DNA of 64,000 nt from assembly GCA_028826165.1 (NCBI GenBank), contig JAPDFW010000076.1, positions 351,892 to 415,891 on the forward strand. The letters run 5' to 3'. Positions 24,501-39,150 of the stretch are shown one piece after another. The position numbers and the translations under genes are program-made. This DNA comes from Anaeramoeba ignava BMAN (lineage: Eukaryota; Protista; Anaeramoebae). Each line of letters starts with the position of its first letter. Position 1 is the stretch's first letter. The notes below the pieces were generated by a model. That model made no database searches and was not told the DNA's origin. It worked only from the letters and a program-made list of their open reading frames with translations.

Positions 24501-27500
24501 TAAATAAATATTAAATAAATATTAAATAAATATTAAATAAATATTAAATATTTAATAAATATTAAATAAATATTAAATAAATATTAAATATTTAATAAAT
24601 ATTAAATATTAAATATTAAATATTAAATAAATATTAAATATTAAAAATATTAAATAAATATTAAATATTAAATAATAAATATTAAATAAAAATATTAAAT
24701 AAATATTAAATAAATATTAAATAAATATTAAATAAATATTAAATAAATATTAAATAAATATTAAATAAATATTAAATAAATATTAAATAAATATTAAATA
24801 AATAATAAATAAATAAATATTAAATAAATATTAAATATTAAATAAATATTAAATATTAAATATAAAAATAAGGGTTATGGAACAACACTTGATATATCTA
24901 CAGAAATTAATCCAAATGATTTAACTAAACTTACAAAAGTTCCTGCTGTTAATTTATCCGTTTTTCTTACAAGAAGTGAAATTAAAGAAAATTCAAGAAA
25001 GAATTGTTCAAATAATATTCAAGGAAAATCAGTTCAATTTGATATTCCTGCTTATGATGTCAAGGAGGTTATTGATTGGACAAAAGTTACAAAAAATGAA
25101 AAATATTTGGATGATTTAAGAAAACAAATCCATAAATTGGGGTTTTTTGCACAATTTGATCATTTACAATCTGGTTGGGCAATTTCAATAAGACCACCAA
25201 CTGTATTTATATTTAATTTTATAAATGAATTTTAATTATAATTATAATTTTATATTTTTATATTTATATTTATATTTAAATTTTAGATGAACGATGAATT
25301 ATTGGAAAAAATTCAAGATATTGTTAAAAATTCAAATCCTTTTACAATTAAAGAATTTTTCCAAATTTTATCACTTCCACAAGTAAAAAAAAATTATTTT
25401 ATTTATCATTTCAAAATAAAAATTTTAATTTCTTTTTTAAAATTTTTATTAAAATTTAAGTTATTAGATCTTTTCCAAAGAATGCTTTCTAAAAATATTC
25501 CTGAACAAAAATCACAAAACAAAATGACTTATTTAGAATTTTTCCAAACAGTTGTTACACCCGAACATTTTATTGAATTACTTGATGAAGCAGAAAATTC
25601 AAAATCACTTTTAACACAATCAAAAATATCTAGTTTTATTACATCTTTATTACTTTCCAAAAATGGGAAATCTTATTTAGAACCATTGATTTCAGAACAA
25701 AACATCAGTAGAGTTTATCAAATTACAAATATTGTATCAATGTTCAATGATAAGAGAGTAGATATATTTCCTTTTAATGAAGAATTGATTTCATTAGTGA
25801 AAGTTGTAAGTTTAATTTTATAAATTTAAATTTTGATTTTAATTTTATAAATTTAAATTTTAATTTTAATTTTAAATTTTAATTTTAATTTTAATTTTAA
25901 TTTTAATTTTATTTTTATTTTTAATTTTATAAATGAATTTGAATTTTAATTCAAATTTTGATTTTAATTTCAATTTTATAAATGAATTTTAATTTTGAAA
26001 AGAAATTTGGAGCAGAAACAAAAATGTTTGAATTTGCAAACTTTGTCAGTATGTATTACTATTTGAAAATCCTCAAACAAATCCTTGATCAACAAGTGAT
26101 CTCACTGTATTTGGAACGAGAACTTCAAAAATCATTTGTATTCTTAATCAATTTATTAGAAGAATTTCCGAACATTATTGAGAAAGACATTTTCAAAGGA
26201 ATATCAAGCCGGTCGTCTTTATTATCAGGATATTTTCTGTTTGTAACAATACAACTACTTTATTTAGAAAGTTCTGAACTTTTCCGGATATTGAGATCAA
26301 CATCAGTAAACATGGTGTTTAGATTGAGAAATCTTGGCGGATCCAAGTTTCTCCACTCGCAAATGCACTCGAGATTTATGTGGAACTTGATGCGACAGGA
26401 AAAACATCTTGATTTTTTTGCCACAAATTATGGAGGAGCTGTTCAAAATATAACGGATGATTTATTTGTGAAAGTATCTGAAAAACGGGCAGAAAAAAAG
26501 GTGCAAATCGCAGTAAATAATGAAAATATTGAGCATGAAATAACGGATCAAGAAGTTGAGAAGAAAAAACAAGTGGAAATTCATGCAAAGAAACAGAACC
26601 AAAAACAAGTGGAAATTACAAAAGAAAATATCATTCCACAACCGCCATATATAGCGGTTCTCAGCGCAGGATTTGGCAAGTTTATCTATGAGAACATCAC
26701 GGTGAATCAACAGCTGATTTCGGTGAAACAGGTTGTTCTTTTCTCGGAATCGCTATACCACGAGATCACAAGCAAAATTGATTCTTATTTGAGTTCAAAA
26801 CAGTTGAATGTTTCAACTGGAATTAATTGCGTTGGATTTTTTCTTTCTTCAATGCTCAAATGCTTGATCAATTTGAACTTGATCACGACAGAGGACGGCG
26901 AAAAAACACAGAAAATATCAAAGAAAAAAAGCGGGAAAGGCGACAATAAGGAGATGATTCAAGACTCATTGAAAATTGACTTGAAACAATTTCAATTGAT
27001 TCAAAGTTTCTTAAGAAAATCTTCAGAAAGAGATTATCAGTTCAAATCGCACATTATGGATTGTTTGCGCAGCTTGATGAAGAACCACGAAGTTTTCAAG
27101 CTTGTCTCACAGGATCTTCAGTTCGTGACTGTTTTGCAAGATTTGTGTTTTGATGAGTCCAATTTTGCTTTTAACCGAAATTGTTGGAAAACCTTTTATC
27201 AAATGATTTATTATCATTTTGGATTCTGTCAGTTTTTAATTGAAAAGGAGAATTTGCCCACTTTTTTGACAAAAGCTTTGGGAAAAAAATCCACTGAGCA
27301 ATCACGCTCAATGGTGTTGCCAAACTCGTTATTTTATTTATCCAAACTTTTATTAATGAATACAATTGAAAAGCAAAGATTAAAAAAAGGAAAACAACCC
27401 GCTCGTTCTTACATGAAAGACGCGGTCAGAAGTCTTAAGAAAGACGTTGAATTGATTTCCGAAATGTTTATTAAAAAACATTTCTTTGTCAGACTCCATA

Positions 27501-27673
27501 TTTTATATACTAAGTTTGTCGAAAATAATGCTGGTGCTGAATATATTTCAATTGCAAAAATTTATCATACAATTGGAACTCAATCTATTCTTTCAAAATT
27601 ACTTAGAGAAGCAAAGAAATCTCAAAATTATATTGATGGAATTGAAAAAGTTAAACGGATTTTCGTTCAATGA
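21583..27673 (+). CDS. Large multi-exon protein of uncertain function, possibly related to the Sca1-complex scaffold ScaA
   Basis: Coding segments (FPVFVDPQGNLY, YEEASVKW, LIPEEPIPQHYKTLAEFDRAYKRW) separated by AT-rich, mostly GT-AG introns, ending in a ~1.67-kb exon. The ScaA resemblance is from memory only; 5' splicing is ambiguous. Confidence 0.65.
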
Positions 27674-27906
27674 TTTTTTTAATTGATTTTTTTTAATTGA
27701 TTTTTTTCTTTTTTTAATTAAATAAAAAAGGAGAAAAAAAAAATTATTAAAATTTTTCTTCTTTTAATTTAATTTAATTAAAAAAAAAAAGAAAAAAAAT
27801 TTTTTTTTTTAAAATTTTTTTCATTTTTTTTCTTTCTATTCTTTCTAAATTAAACAAAAAAAAAAACAAAAAAAACAAAAACAAAAACAAAAATATAAAA
27901 AACAAG

Positions 27907-29341
27907 ATGCAAGATAATCAACCAAAAGAAGAGTAAAATATTCAAATAATTTAATTTTATGCATAAATTTACAATTAATTTTCAATTTATATTTTAATTT
28001 TCAATTTATATTTTAATTTTCAATTTATATTTTAATTTAAACAAAAAAGGCAAAAAATTATCCCAGAAACTTTGAAAAAAAAGAAAGAACAAATTGAAAA
28101 AATTAAGCAAGAAAGACAAAAAAAAAGAGAACAACAAATTGAAAGACAAAAAAAAAACAGACAATTAGCTCATGATAATGCTGCAAAGTATGAAGAAGAA
28201 TATAAGAAAATGGAAAGAGATTTAGTTGAAAAAAGAAGAGCAGCCAAAGCTGAAGGAAATATATATGTAGAACCTGAACCAAAGCTTGCGCTTGTTATTA
28301 GAATTAAAGGGTAATAAATAATAATATAAATAATATAAATATAAATATAAATATTTAATAAATAATAAATATTTAATAAATAATATAAATATAAATAATA
28401 AATATTCAATAAATATAAATATAAATATAAATATAAATATAAATATAAATATAAGTATTTAATAAATATAAATATTTAATAAATATTTAATAAATAAATA
28501 TAAATATAAAAATAAATATAAATATAAAAATAAATATAAATATAAATATAAATATAAATCTAAATCTAAATATAAATATAAATATAAATATAAATATAAA
28601 TATAAATATAAATATAAATATAAATATAAATATAAATATAAATATAAATATATAAATATAAATATAAATATAAATATAAATATAAATATAAATATAAATA
28701 TAAATATAAATATAAATATAAATATAAATATAAATATAAATATTTAAATAATAAATATTTAATAAATATTTAATAAATAATAAATATTTAATAAATATAA
28801 ATATTTAAATAATAAATAATTAAATAATAAATAATAAATATTTAAATAATAAATAATTAAATAATAAATAATTAAATAATTTAGAATTACTGGTGTTGCT
28901 CCAAGACAAAGAAAAATCCTTCAATTAATGCGATTAAGACAAATCAATAACGCTGTTTTTATTAAATTGAATAAAACTTCACTTAGAATGCTTCATTTTG
29001 TTGCACCATATATAGCATGGGGATATCCAACATTAGGAACAATTAGAAAACTTATTTACAAACGAGGATATGGAAAAATTCGTTCACAAAGAATTCCATT
29101 ATTAACTAACGAAATTATTGCAAAAAGACTTGGCAAAAAAAACATAGTTTCTGTGGAAGATATTGTTCATGAAATTTACACTGTTGGCCCTAATTTTAAA
29201 TACGCTAACAATTTCTTATGGCCTTTTAAATTAAATACTGCTAGAGGTGGATTATCTTATATCAAAAGAAATTTTATTGAAGGTGGTGATGCTGGAAACA
29301 GAGAAGAATATATTAATAAACTCGTTAAAAGAATGATTTAA
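27907..29341 (+). CDS. RPL7: 60S ribosomal protein L7 (uL30); exons 27907-27932, 28050-28310, 28885-29341
   Basis: [58 protein letters not shown]. Confidence 0.96.
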
Positions 29342-29642
29342 TTCTCCTTTTTTTTAGAGATTTTCTTTTGCTTTCCTATCAAAATCTTTCCTTTCTTCTT
29401 TTTGCTTTCTTTCATTCATTCGTTCGTTCCTTTTTTTTTTTGAGTCCAACTTTTAATTTCTTTTTTTTACAAAAAACAAAACACAAAAAAGAAAACAATT
29501 TTCTTTTTCTTTTTCTTTTTCTTTTTCTTACACAAGATTAATAAACAAATAATAAATTCTTTTTAACTTTTATTTTAATTTTAATTTTAATTTAAAAAAA
29601 AAATAAAAAATAAAAATAAAATAAAATTAAAAAAAAATTAAA

Positions 29643-29724
29643 TGACGGCAACGAGATTCGAACTCGCGCTCCCAGAGGGAAATTGATTAGCAGTCAACCA
29701 CCTTAACCACTCGGCCATACCGTC
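29643..29724 (-). tRNA. tRNA-Ser(GCT)
   Basis: GACGGTA/TGCCGTC acceptor stem, TGGCCGAGTGG A-box, anticodon loop CT-GCT-AA, long variable arm, GTTCGAATC B-box, downstream T-run. Confidence 0.95.
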
Positions 29725-29729
29725 TTAAA

Positions 29730-32330
29730 TTTAATTTAATAAATTTATTTTTTTTAATTAATTTTAAATTTTAAAATATGTATTATTTATTTAAATTATT
29801 TTTATATTTTTATTTTTTAATATATTTTTTATTAATTTATATTAATAAAATTAAATATTTTTAATTTAATATTTATTAATAAATATTTATATTAAATATA
29901 TTTTAAATTTAATTTTATTATTATATATTAATTATTATTATATTATTTATTTATATAATTATATTAATATTTTTATTCCACTTTTTTTTTAAATAAAAAT
30001 ATAAATAAAATTAAATATAATTTATTTATAATTTATTTATAATTTATTTATAATTTATTAATAAATTTATTTTTTTTAATTAATTTTAAATTTTAAAATA
30101 TGTATTATTTATTTAAATTATTTTAAATATTTTTATTTTTAATATATTTTTTATTAATTTATATTAATTAAATTAAATAATTTTAAATTAATATTTATTA
30201 ATAAATATTTATATTAAATATATTTTTAAATTTAATTTTTATTATTATATATTAATTATTATTATATTATTTATTTATATAAATATATTAATATTTTTAT
30301 TCCACTTTTTTTTAAATAAAAAAATATCAATAAAATTTAATATAATTTATTTATAATTTATTTATAATTTATTAATAATTTATTAATAAATTTATTTTTT
30401 TTAATTAATTTTAAATTTTAAAAAATATGTATTATTTATTTAAATTATTTTTAAATTTTTATTTTTTTAATATATTTTTATTAATTTATATTAATTAAAT
30501 TAAATAATTTTAATTTAATATTTATTAATAAATATTTATATTAAATATATTTTAAATTTAATTTTATTATTATATATTAATTATTATTATATTATTTATT
30601 TATATAATTATATTAATATTTTTATTCCACTTTTTTTTTAAATAAAAAATATCAATAAAATTTAATATAATTTATTTATAATTTATTTATAATTTATTTA
30701 TAATTTATTAATAAATTTATTTTTTTAATTAATTTTAAATTTTAAAATATGTATTATTTATTTAAATTATTTTTAAATTTTTATTTTTAATATATTTTTA
30801 TTAATTTATATTAATTAAATTAAATAATTTTAATTTAATATTTATTAATAAATATTTATATTAAATATATTTTAAATTTAATTTTATTATTATATATTAA
30901 TTATTATTATATTATTTATTTATATAATTATATTAATATTTTTATTCCACTTTTTTTTTAAATAAAAAATATAAATAAAATTAAATATAATTTATTTATA
31001 ATTTATTTATAATTTATTTTATAATTTATTAATAAATTTATTTTTAATTAATTTTAAATTTTAAAATATGTATTATTTATTTAAATTATTTTTAAATTTT
31101 TATTTTTAATATATTTTTTTAATAATTTATATTAATTAAATTTAATAATTTTAAATTAATATTTATTAATAAATATTTATATTAAATATATTTTAAATTT
31201 AATTTTTATTATTATATATTAATTATTATTATTTTATTTATTTATATAAATATATTAATATTTTTATTCCACTTTTTTTTTTAATAAGAAAATATCAATA
31301 AAAATTTAATATAATTTATTTATAATTTATTTATAATTTATTAATAATTTATTAATAAATTTATTTTTTTTAATTAATTTTAAATTTTAAAATATGTATT
31401 ATTTATTTAAATTATTTTTATATTTTTATTTTTAATATATTTTTATTAATTTATATTAATTAAATTAAATAATTTTAATTTAATATTTATTAATAAATAT
31501 TTTTATTAAATATATTTTTAAATTTAATTTTATTATTATATATTAATTATTATTATTTTATTTATTTATATAAACATATTAATATTTTTATTCCACTTTT
31601 TTTTTTAAATAAGAAAATATAAATAAAATTAAATATAATTTATTTATAATTTATTTATAAGTTATTAATAATTTATTAATAATTTATTTTTTTTAATTAA
31701 TTTTAAATTTTAAAATATGTATTATTTATTTTAAATTATTTTTAAATTTTCATTTTTAATATATTTTTTTATTAATTTTATATTAATTAAATTAAATAAT
31801 TTTAATTTAATATTTATTAATAAATATTTCTATTAAATATATTTTAAATTTAATTTTATTATTATATATTAATTATTATTATATTATTTATTTATATAAT
31901 TATATTAATATTTTTATTCCACTTTTTTTTTAAATAAAAAATATCAATAAAAATTTAATATAATTTATTTATAATTTATTTATAATTTATTAATAATTTA
32001 TTAATAAATTATATTTTTAATTAATTTTAAATTTTAAAATATATATTATTTATTTAAATTATTTTTAAATTTTTATTTTTAATATATTTTTATTAATTTA
32101 TATTAATTAAATTTAATAATTTTAAATTAATATTTATTAATAAATATTTATATTAAATATATTTTAAATTTAATTTTATTATTATAAATTAATTATTATT
32201 ATATTATTTATTTATATAATTATATTAATATTTTTATTCCACTTTTTTTTTAATTAAGAAAATATCAATAAAATTTAATATAATTTATTTATAATTTATT
32301 TATAATTTATTGATAATTATTTTATAAATT
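29730..32330. repeat. Satellite array 1: 8 copies of a ~320-326-bp almost pure A/T unit
   Basis: TTCCAC marker at ~29978, 30302, 30627, 30947, 31269, 31593, 31919, 32239. Confidence 0.92.
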
Positions 32331-32574
32331 TATATTTCAGTTGTTTTCTTGTTTTCTTTCATTCGTTCCTTTTTTTTTGAGTCCAACTTTTAATTTCTTT
32401 TTTTACAAAAAACAAAACACAAAAAAGAAAACAATTTTCTTTTTCTTTTTCTTTTTCTTACACAAGATTAATAAACAAAATAATAAATTCTTTTTAACTT
32501 TTATTTTAATTTAAATTTAATTTAAAAAAAATAAAAATAAAAATAAAATAAAAACAAATAAAAAAAAAATTAAA

Positions 32575-32656
32575 TGACGGCAACGAGATTCGAACTCGCG
32601 CTCCCAGAGGGAAATTGATTAGCAGTCAACCACCTTAACCACTCGGCCATACCGTC
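32575..32656 (-). tRNA. tRNA-Ser(GCT), identical second copy
   Basis: Same sequence as 29643-29724. Confidence 0.95.
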
Positions 32657-32661
32657 TTAAA

Positions 32662-34560
32662 TTTAATTTAATAAATTTATTTTTTTTAATTAATTTTAAA
32701 TTTTAAAATATGTATTATTTATTTAAATTATTTTTATATTTTTATTTTTTAATATATTTTTTATTAATTTATATTAATAAAATTAAATAATTTTAAATTA
32801 ATATTTATTAATAAATATTTATATTAAATATATTTTAAATTTAATTTTATTATTATATATTAATTATTATTATTTTATTTATTTATATAAACATATTAAT
32901 ATTTTTATTCCACTTTTTTTTTAATAAGAAAATATAAATAAAATTAAATATAATTTATTTATAATTTATTTATAATTTATTTATAAGTTATTAATAATTT
33001 ATTTTTTTTAATTAATTTTAAATTTTAAAATATGTATTATTTATTTAAATTATTTAAATATTTTTATTTTTTAATATATTTTTATTAATTTATATTAATT
33101 AAATTAAATAATTTTAAATTAATATTTATTAATAAATATTTATATTAAATATATTTTAAATTTAATTTTATTATTATATATTAATTATTATTATATTATT
33201 TATTTATATAAATATATTAATATTTTTATTCCACTTTTTTTTAAATAAAAAATATCAATAAAATTTAATATAATTTATTTATAATTTATTTATAATTTAT
33301 TTATAATTTATTAATAATTTATATTTTTTTAATTAATTTTAAATTTTAAAATATGTATTATTTATTTAAATTATTTTAAATATTTTTATTTTTAATATAT
33401 TTTTATTAATTTATATTAATAAAATTTAATAATTTTAAATTAATATTTATTAATAAATATTTATATTAAATATATATTAAATTTAATTTTATTATTATAT
33501 ATTAATTATTATTATATTATTTATTTATATAAACATATTAATATTTTTATTCCACTTTTTTTTAATAAGAAAATATAAATAAAATTTAATATAATTTATT
33601 TATAATTTATTTTATAAGTTATTAATAATTTATTTATAAATTATATTTTTAATTAATTTTAAATTTTAAAAATATGTATTATTTATTTTAAATTATTTAA
33701 ATATTTTTATTTTTAATATATTTTTATTAATTTATATTAATTAAAATTTAATAATTTTAATTTAATATTTATTAATAAATATTTATATTAAATATATTTT
33801 TAAATTTAATTTTATTATTATATATTAATTATTATTATATTATTTATTTATATAATTATATTAATATTTTTATTCCACTTTTTTTTTAAATAAAAAATAT
33901 AAATAAAATTTAATTATAATTTATTTATAATTTATTAATAATTTATTAATAATTTATTAATAAATTTATTTTTTTTAATTAATTTTAAATTTTAAAATAT
34001 GTATTATTTATTTTAAATTATTTTTAAATTTTTATTTTTTTAATATATTTTTATTAATTTATATTAATTAAATTAAATAATTTTTAATTTAATATTTATT
34101 AATAAATATTTCTATTAAATATATTTTAAATTTAATTTTATTATTATATATAAATTATTATTATATTATTTATTTATATAAATATATTAATATTTTTATT
34201 CCACTTTTTTTTTAAATAAAAAAATATAAATAAAATTTAATATAATTTATTTATAATTTATTTATAAGTTATTAATAATTTATTAATAAGTTATTTTTTT
34301 TAATTAATTTTAAATTTTAAAATATGTATTATTTATTTAAATTATTTTTAAATTTTTATTTTTTAATATATTTTTTATTAATTTATATTAATTAAATTAA
34401 ATAATTTTAATTTAATATTTATTAATAAATATTTATATTAAATATATTTTAAATTTAATTTTATTATTATATATAAATTATTATTATATTATTTATTTAT
34501 ATAAACATATTAATATTTTTATTCCACTTTTTTTTTAAATAAAAAAATATAAATAAAATT
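32662..34560. repeat. Satellite array 2: 6 copies of the same ~323-bp unit
   Basis: TTCCAC marker at ~32910, 33231, 33552, 33875, 34201, 34524. Confidence 0.92.
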
Positions 34561-34725
34561 AAATGGAAATTTTTTTTAATTCTTCATTTTGTGAAAAGAA
34601 AAGAAAAGATAAGAAAAGATAAGAAAAGAAAATAAAATGGAAAAATGAAAAAATGATGCAAAACAAAAACAAAATTTTTTCCGATTTTTTGTTGTTTTTT
34701 GATTTTTTAAATTTTTGAATTTGTT

Positions 34726-37700
34726 TTAAAATTCGTCTTTTCCATAATTAGCCCATTTTGAAGATTTAATTTGAGCTCTTAAATTATTATTTGCTAAAAG
34801 ATCTTTATTAGGTAATAAATGATGAGTAATTGGGCTGATATTATTCATACTCAACCATTTTTCAATAGATTCACGATCATAAGTGAATCCATCAGCACAA
34901 AAAACTGGATCATCCATAACTTTATGACTTAAAGGACAAAGATAAGCTAATTAAAAAATTAAATTAAAAATTAAATTAAATTAAATTAAAATATTAAATT
35001 AAATTATTAAATTAAATTATTAAATTAAAATATTAAATTAAATTATTAAATTAAAAAATTAAATTAAAATATTAAATTAAATTATTAAATTAAAATATTA
35101 AATTAAATTAAAATATTAAATTAAAATATTAAATTAAAATATTAAATTAAAATATTAAATTAAATTAAATTAAATTAAATTAAATTATTAAATTAAAATA
35201 TTAAATTAAATTAAATTAAATTAAATTAAATTAAAATATTAAATTAAATTAAAATATTAAATTAAATTACCTTCAGGAGGTTTCTCAATTTTAACACCAA
35301 AATCCTCTTTAGAAATTCCAATTCCAAAAACAGCATCAGTAATTGGAACTTTCAATCGAGCAAACTTTTCAAGATCTTGTTCTGAAATTTTATTTTGATT
35401 TTGATTTAAATTTACATTTACATTCCCATTTTGATTTGGATTTTGATTTGAATTTTGATTTAAATTTGGATCATTTTGTTGATTAAGAGGATCTTGAACT
35501 TGTCTTTGAGGAAGATTTGGAGGAGGAATGAATCGAGGAAGTCCAAATTTTTCAGAAATCAAAGCAAAAGTGAAATCAGTACCACAAACAACTTGAGAAA
35601 TTTTAGCATCTTTAAGTTTAGTAACTTTTAATGGTTTTGACAGGTTTTTAGTATGTCCATTTCCAAGTTGACCATGAACACCATTTCCCCAACAAAAAAC
35701 TTCGCCAGATTGATTAACGACTGCAATATGAGAATCTCCACATGATATTTGTGTGATTGTTTCGTTGTTTAATCCAGAAACAAGTGTCGGTTTTGAAACG
35801 GATGAATTTTCCCCATTTCCAATTTGACCTAATGAACCGTTTCCAAAAACATATAATTCCCATCGTGTATTAAAATATGCACTGATAGCATTCCCACATG
35901 CTATTGTTCGTACTTTCGTTTTTTCTGTTTGCGCTATTAATTTTGGTTCTGTGCAATTTTTTCGTTCTCCATGTCCAAGTTGACCTTCATCTCCAATTCC
36001 CCATGAATAAACTTCTCCATTATCTATTTGAATTTAAATATTTTGAATTTAAATATTATATCAATTTAAATATTTTCAATTTAAATATTTTGAATTTATA
36101 TATTTTTCAATTTAAATATTTTTGAATTTAAATATTTTTGAATTTAAATATTATTTCAATTTAAATATTTTGAATTTATATATTTTTGAATTTAAATATT
36201 ATATCAATTTAAATATTTTATCAATTTAAATATTTTATCAATTTAAATATTTTATCAATTTAAATATTATATCAATTTAAATATTATATCAATTTAAATA
36301 TTTTGAATTTAAATATTTTTATATCAATTTAAATATTTTTATATCAATTTAAATATTTCTATTTGAATTTATATATTTATATATTTTTGAATTTAAATAT
36401 TTTCAATTTAAATATTTTTGAATTTAAATATTTTAATCAATTTAAATATTTTATGAATTTAAATATTTTGAATTTAAATATTTTGAATTTAAATATTTTT
36501 GAATTTAAATATTTTAATCAATTTAAATATTTTATGAATTTAAATATTATATCAATTTAAATATATTTATATCAATTTTAAATATTTTTGAATTTAAATA
36601 TTATATCAATTTAAATATTTGAATTTAAATATTATAATTAATTTAAATATTTTTCAATTTAAATATTTTTATATCAATTTAAATATTTTTATATCAATTT
36701 AAATATTTTTATATCAATTTAAATATTTTTATATCAATTTAAATATTTTGAATTTAAATATTATATCAATTTAAATATTATTTCAATTTAAATATTTATT
36801 TAAATTTAAATATTATATCAATTTAAATATTATATCAATTTAAATATTTTAATCAATTTAAATATTTTAATTAATTTAAATATTATATCAATTTAAATAT
36901 TTTATGAATTTAAATATTTTTATATCAATTTAAATATTTCTATTTGAATTTAAATATTTCTATTTGAATTTATATATTTCTTTTTCTTCTTATTTTTCTA
37001 ATCATATACTTGTTAATACAAGTGTATGTGTTGCTCCACAGGCTATTTGTGTAATAACTTTTCCTCGTAATCCTTCTACAATCATTGGAATAGGTTTTCA
37101 TATAAACTTCTCCATTTCTTAAATATAAAAATCAATAAAATTTTTTTAAATTTGAATTGATTTTTTAAAATTAAATTAATTTTTTAAATTAAATTGATTT
37201 TTTAAATTATTTTACTTGTTCTTGCTGCAGAATGAAAAGCTCCTGCTGAAATTTCACAAACACCAAGTCCACATAAAGATTCAATTCTTTTGGGAACTAA
37301 AGATTCAGAAAGATCCCCATGTCCAAGTTGTCCATCTTGTCCAAAACCCCAACTATAAACATCTCCATTTTCTAAAAGAGCCAATCTAAATTTTAATTTT
37401 GATTTTGATTTTGATTTTGATTTTAATTTAGATTTTGATTTTAATTTTGATTTTGATTTTGATTTTAATTTTGATTTTGATTTTAATTTTAATTTTAATT
37501 TTGATTTTAATTTTAAATTTTGATTTTAATTTTGATTTTGATTTTAATTTTAATTTTAATTTTAATTTTAATTTTGATTTTGATTTTGATTTTGATTTTA
37601 ATTTTGATTTTGATTTTAATTTTGATTTTGATTTTGATTTTGATTTTAATTTTAATTTTAATTTTAATTTTAATTTTGATTTTGATTTTGAATTTTGAAT

Positions 37701-38981
37701 TTTGATTTTGATTTTAATTTTGATTTTAATTTTGATTTTGATTTTTAATTTTGATTTTGATTTTGATTTTGATTTTGATTTTGATTTTGATTTTAATTTT
37801 GATTTTGATTTTGATTTTAATTTTGTTTTAATTTTTGATTTAATTTTGATTTTAATTTTAATTTTGATTTTAATTTTGATTTTTAATTTTGATTTTTAAT
37901 TTTAATTTTGATTTTTAATTCAATTTGATTTTGATTTTGATTTTGATTTTTGATTTTTGATTTTGATTTTGATTTTGATTTTGATTTTGATTTTAATTTT
38001 GATTTTGATTTTAATTTTGATTTTAATTTTAATTTTAATTTTAATTTTAATTTTAATTTTGATTTTAATTTTGATTTTAATTTTAATTTTAATTTTAATT
38101 TTGATTTTAATTTTGATTTTTAATTTTAATTTTGATTTTGATTTTAATTTTGATTTTAATTTTGATTTTAATTTTGATTTTGATTTTGATTTTGATTTTG
38201 ATTTTGATTTTGATTTTGATTTTAATTTTAATTTTGATTTTAATTTTGATTTTGATTTTGATTTTAATTTTAATTTTGATTTTTAAATTTTGATTTTGAT
38301 TTTAATTTTCATTTTGATTTTAATTTTGATTTTGATTTTGATTTTGATTTTAATTTTGATTTTGATTTTAATTTTGATTTTGATTTTGATTTTGATTTTA
38401 ATTTTGATTTTGATTTTGATTTTAATTTTAATTTTAATTTTGATTTTGATTTTGATTTTGATTTTGATTTTGATTTTGATTTTGATTTTGATTTTAATTT
38501 TGATTTTGATTTTAATTTTGATTTTAATTTTAATTTTGATTTTCAATTTATTTCACGAACGTATGTTTTTTTCCACAACAAACAGAATTTAATTGGGGAA
38601 GATTATCAAAAAAAGTCAAAGGAGTTGGATGTTCACAACTTTCTCTTGAATTATTTCCAAGTTGACCATAATATCCTTGACCAAAAACATAAAGAACTCT
38701 TTTATTTTCAACAACTAAAAAAAAAGCGAAAAAAAAAATAAAATTAGAATTTTTTTATTACATTTTATATAAATAATTTTTTTCATATTTTCAATCAAAT
38801 AAATCCTTTTCTTACTCATTATTGCTGCTGAATGTGTGCATCCTGCACTTAAAACTGGTACTGGTTCTTTAAATATTTCAATTCCAACAGGTACTTTAAA
38901 ATCTTTTTCTGTTTCTTTCATTCCAATTTGATGAGTATCATTTTTTCCCCAAGCATAAACATAAGAATGATCATTCCCCAT
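34726..38981 (-). CDS. RCC1-repeat + U-box E3 ligase-like protein; exons 38981-38816, 38714-38561, 37385-37216, (37117-37010, damaged), 36023-35271, 34946-34726
   Basis: Repeated VYSWG..GQLG.G and CG..H RCC1 motifs; YLCPLSHKVMDDPVFCADGFTYDRESIEKWL..SPIT..N..LR U-box. Confidence 0.88.
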
Positions 38982-39150
38982 TTGTATTTTTGTATTAAAA
39001 TTATTTTGGAAAGAAAAATAAAAAATGAAAAAATGATTTTTTAATTTTTTAATTTTTTAATTTTTTAATTTTTTAATTTGCCAGAAAACATTTTTTTTCA
39101 TTTTCATTTTCATTTTTTCATTTTTTCCTTTTCAAATTTAAAAAAAAAAA

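Noticed and set aside
29730-34560. Regularly spaced repeats as a possible CRISPR array
   Set aside because: Whole units repeat with no unique spacers, there are no cas genes, and the context is eukaryotic.
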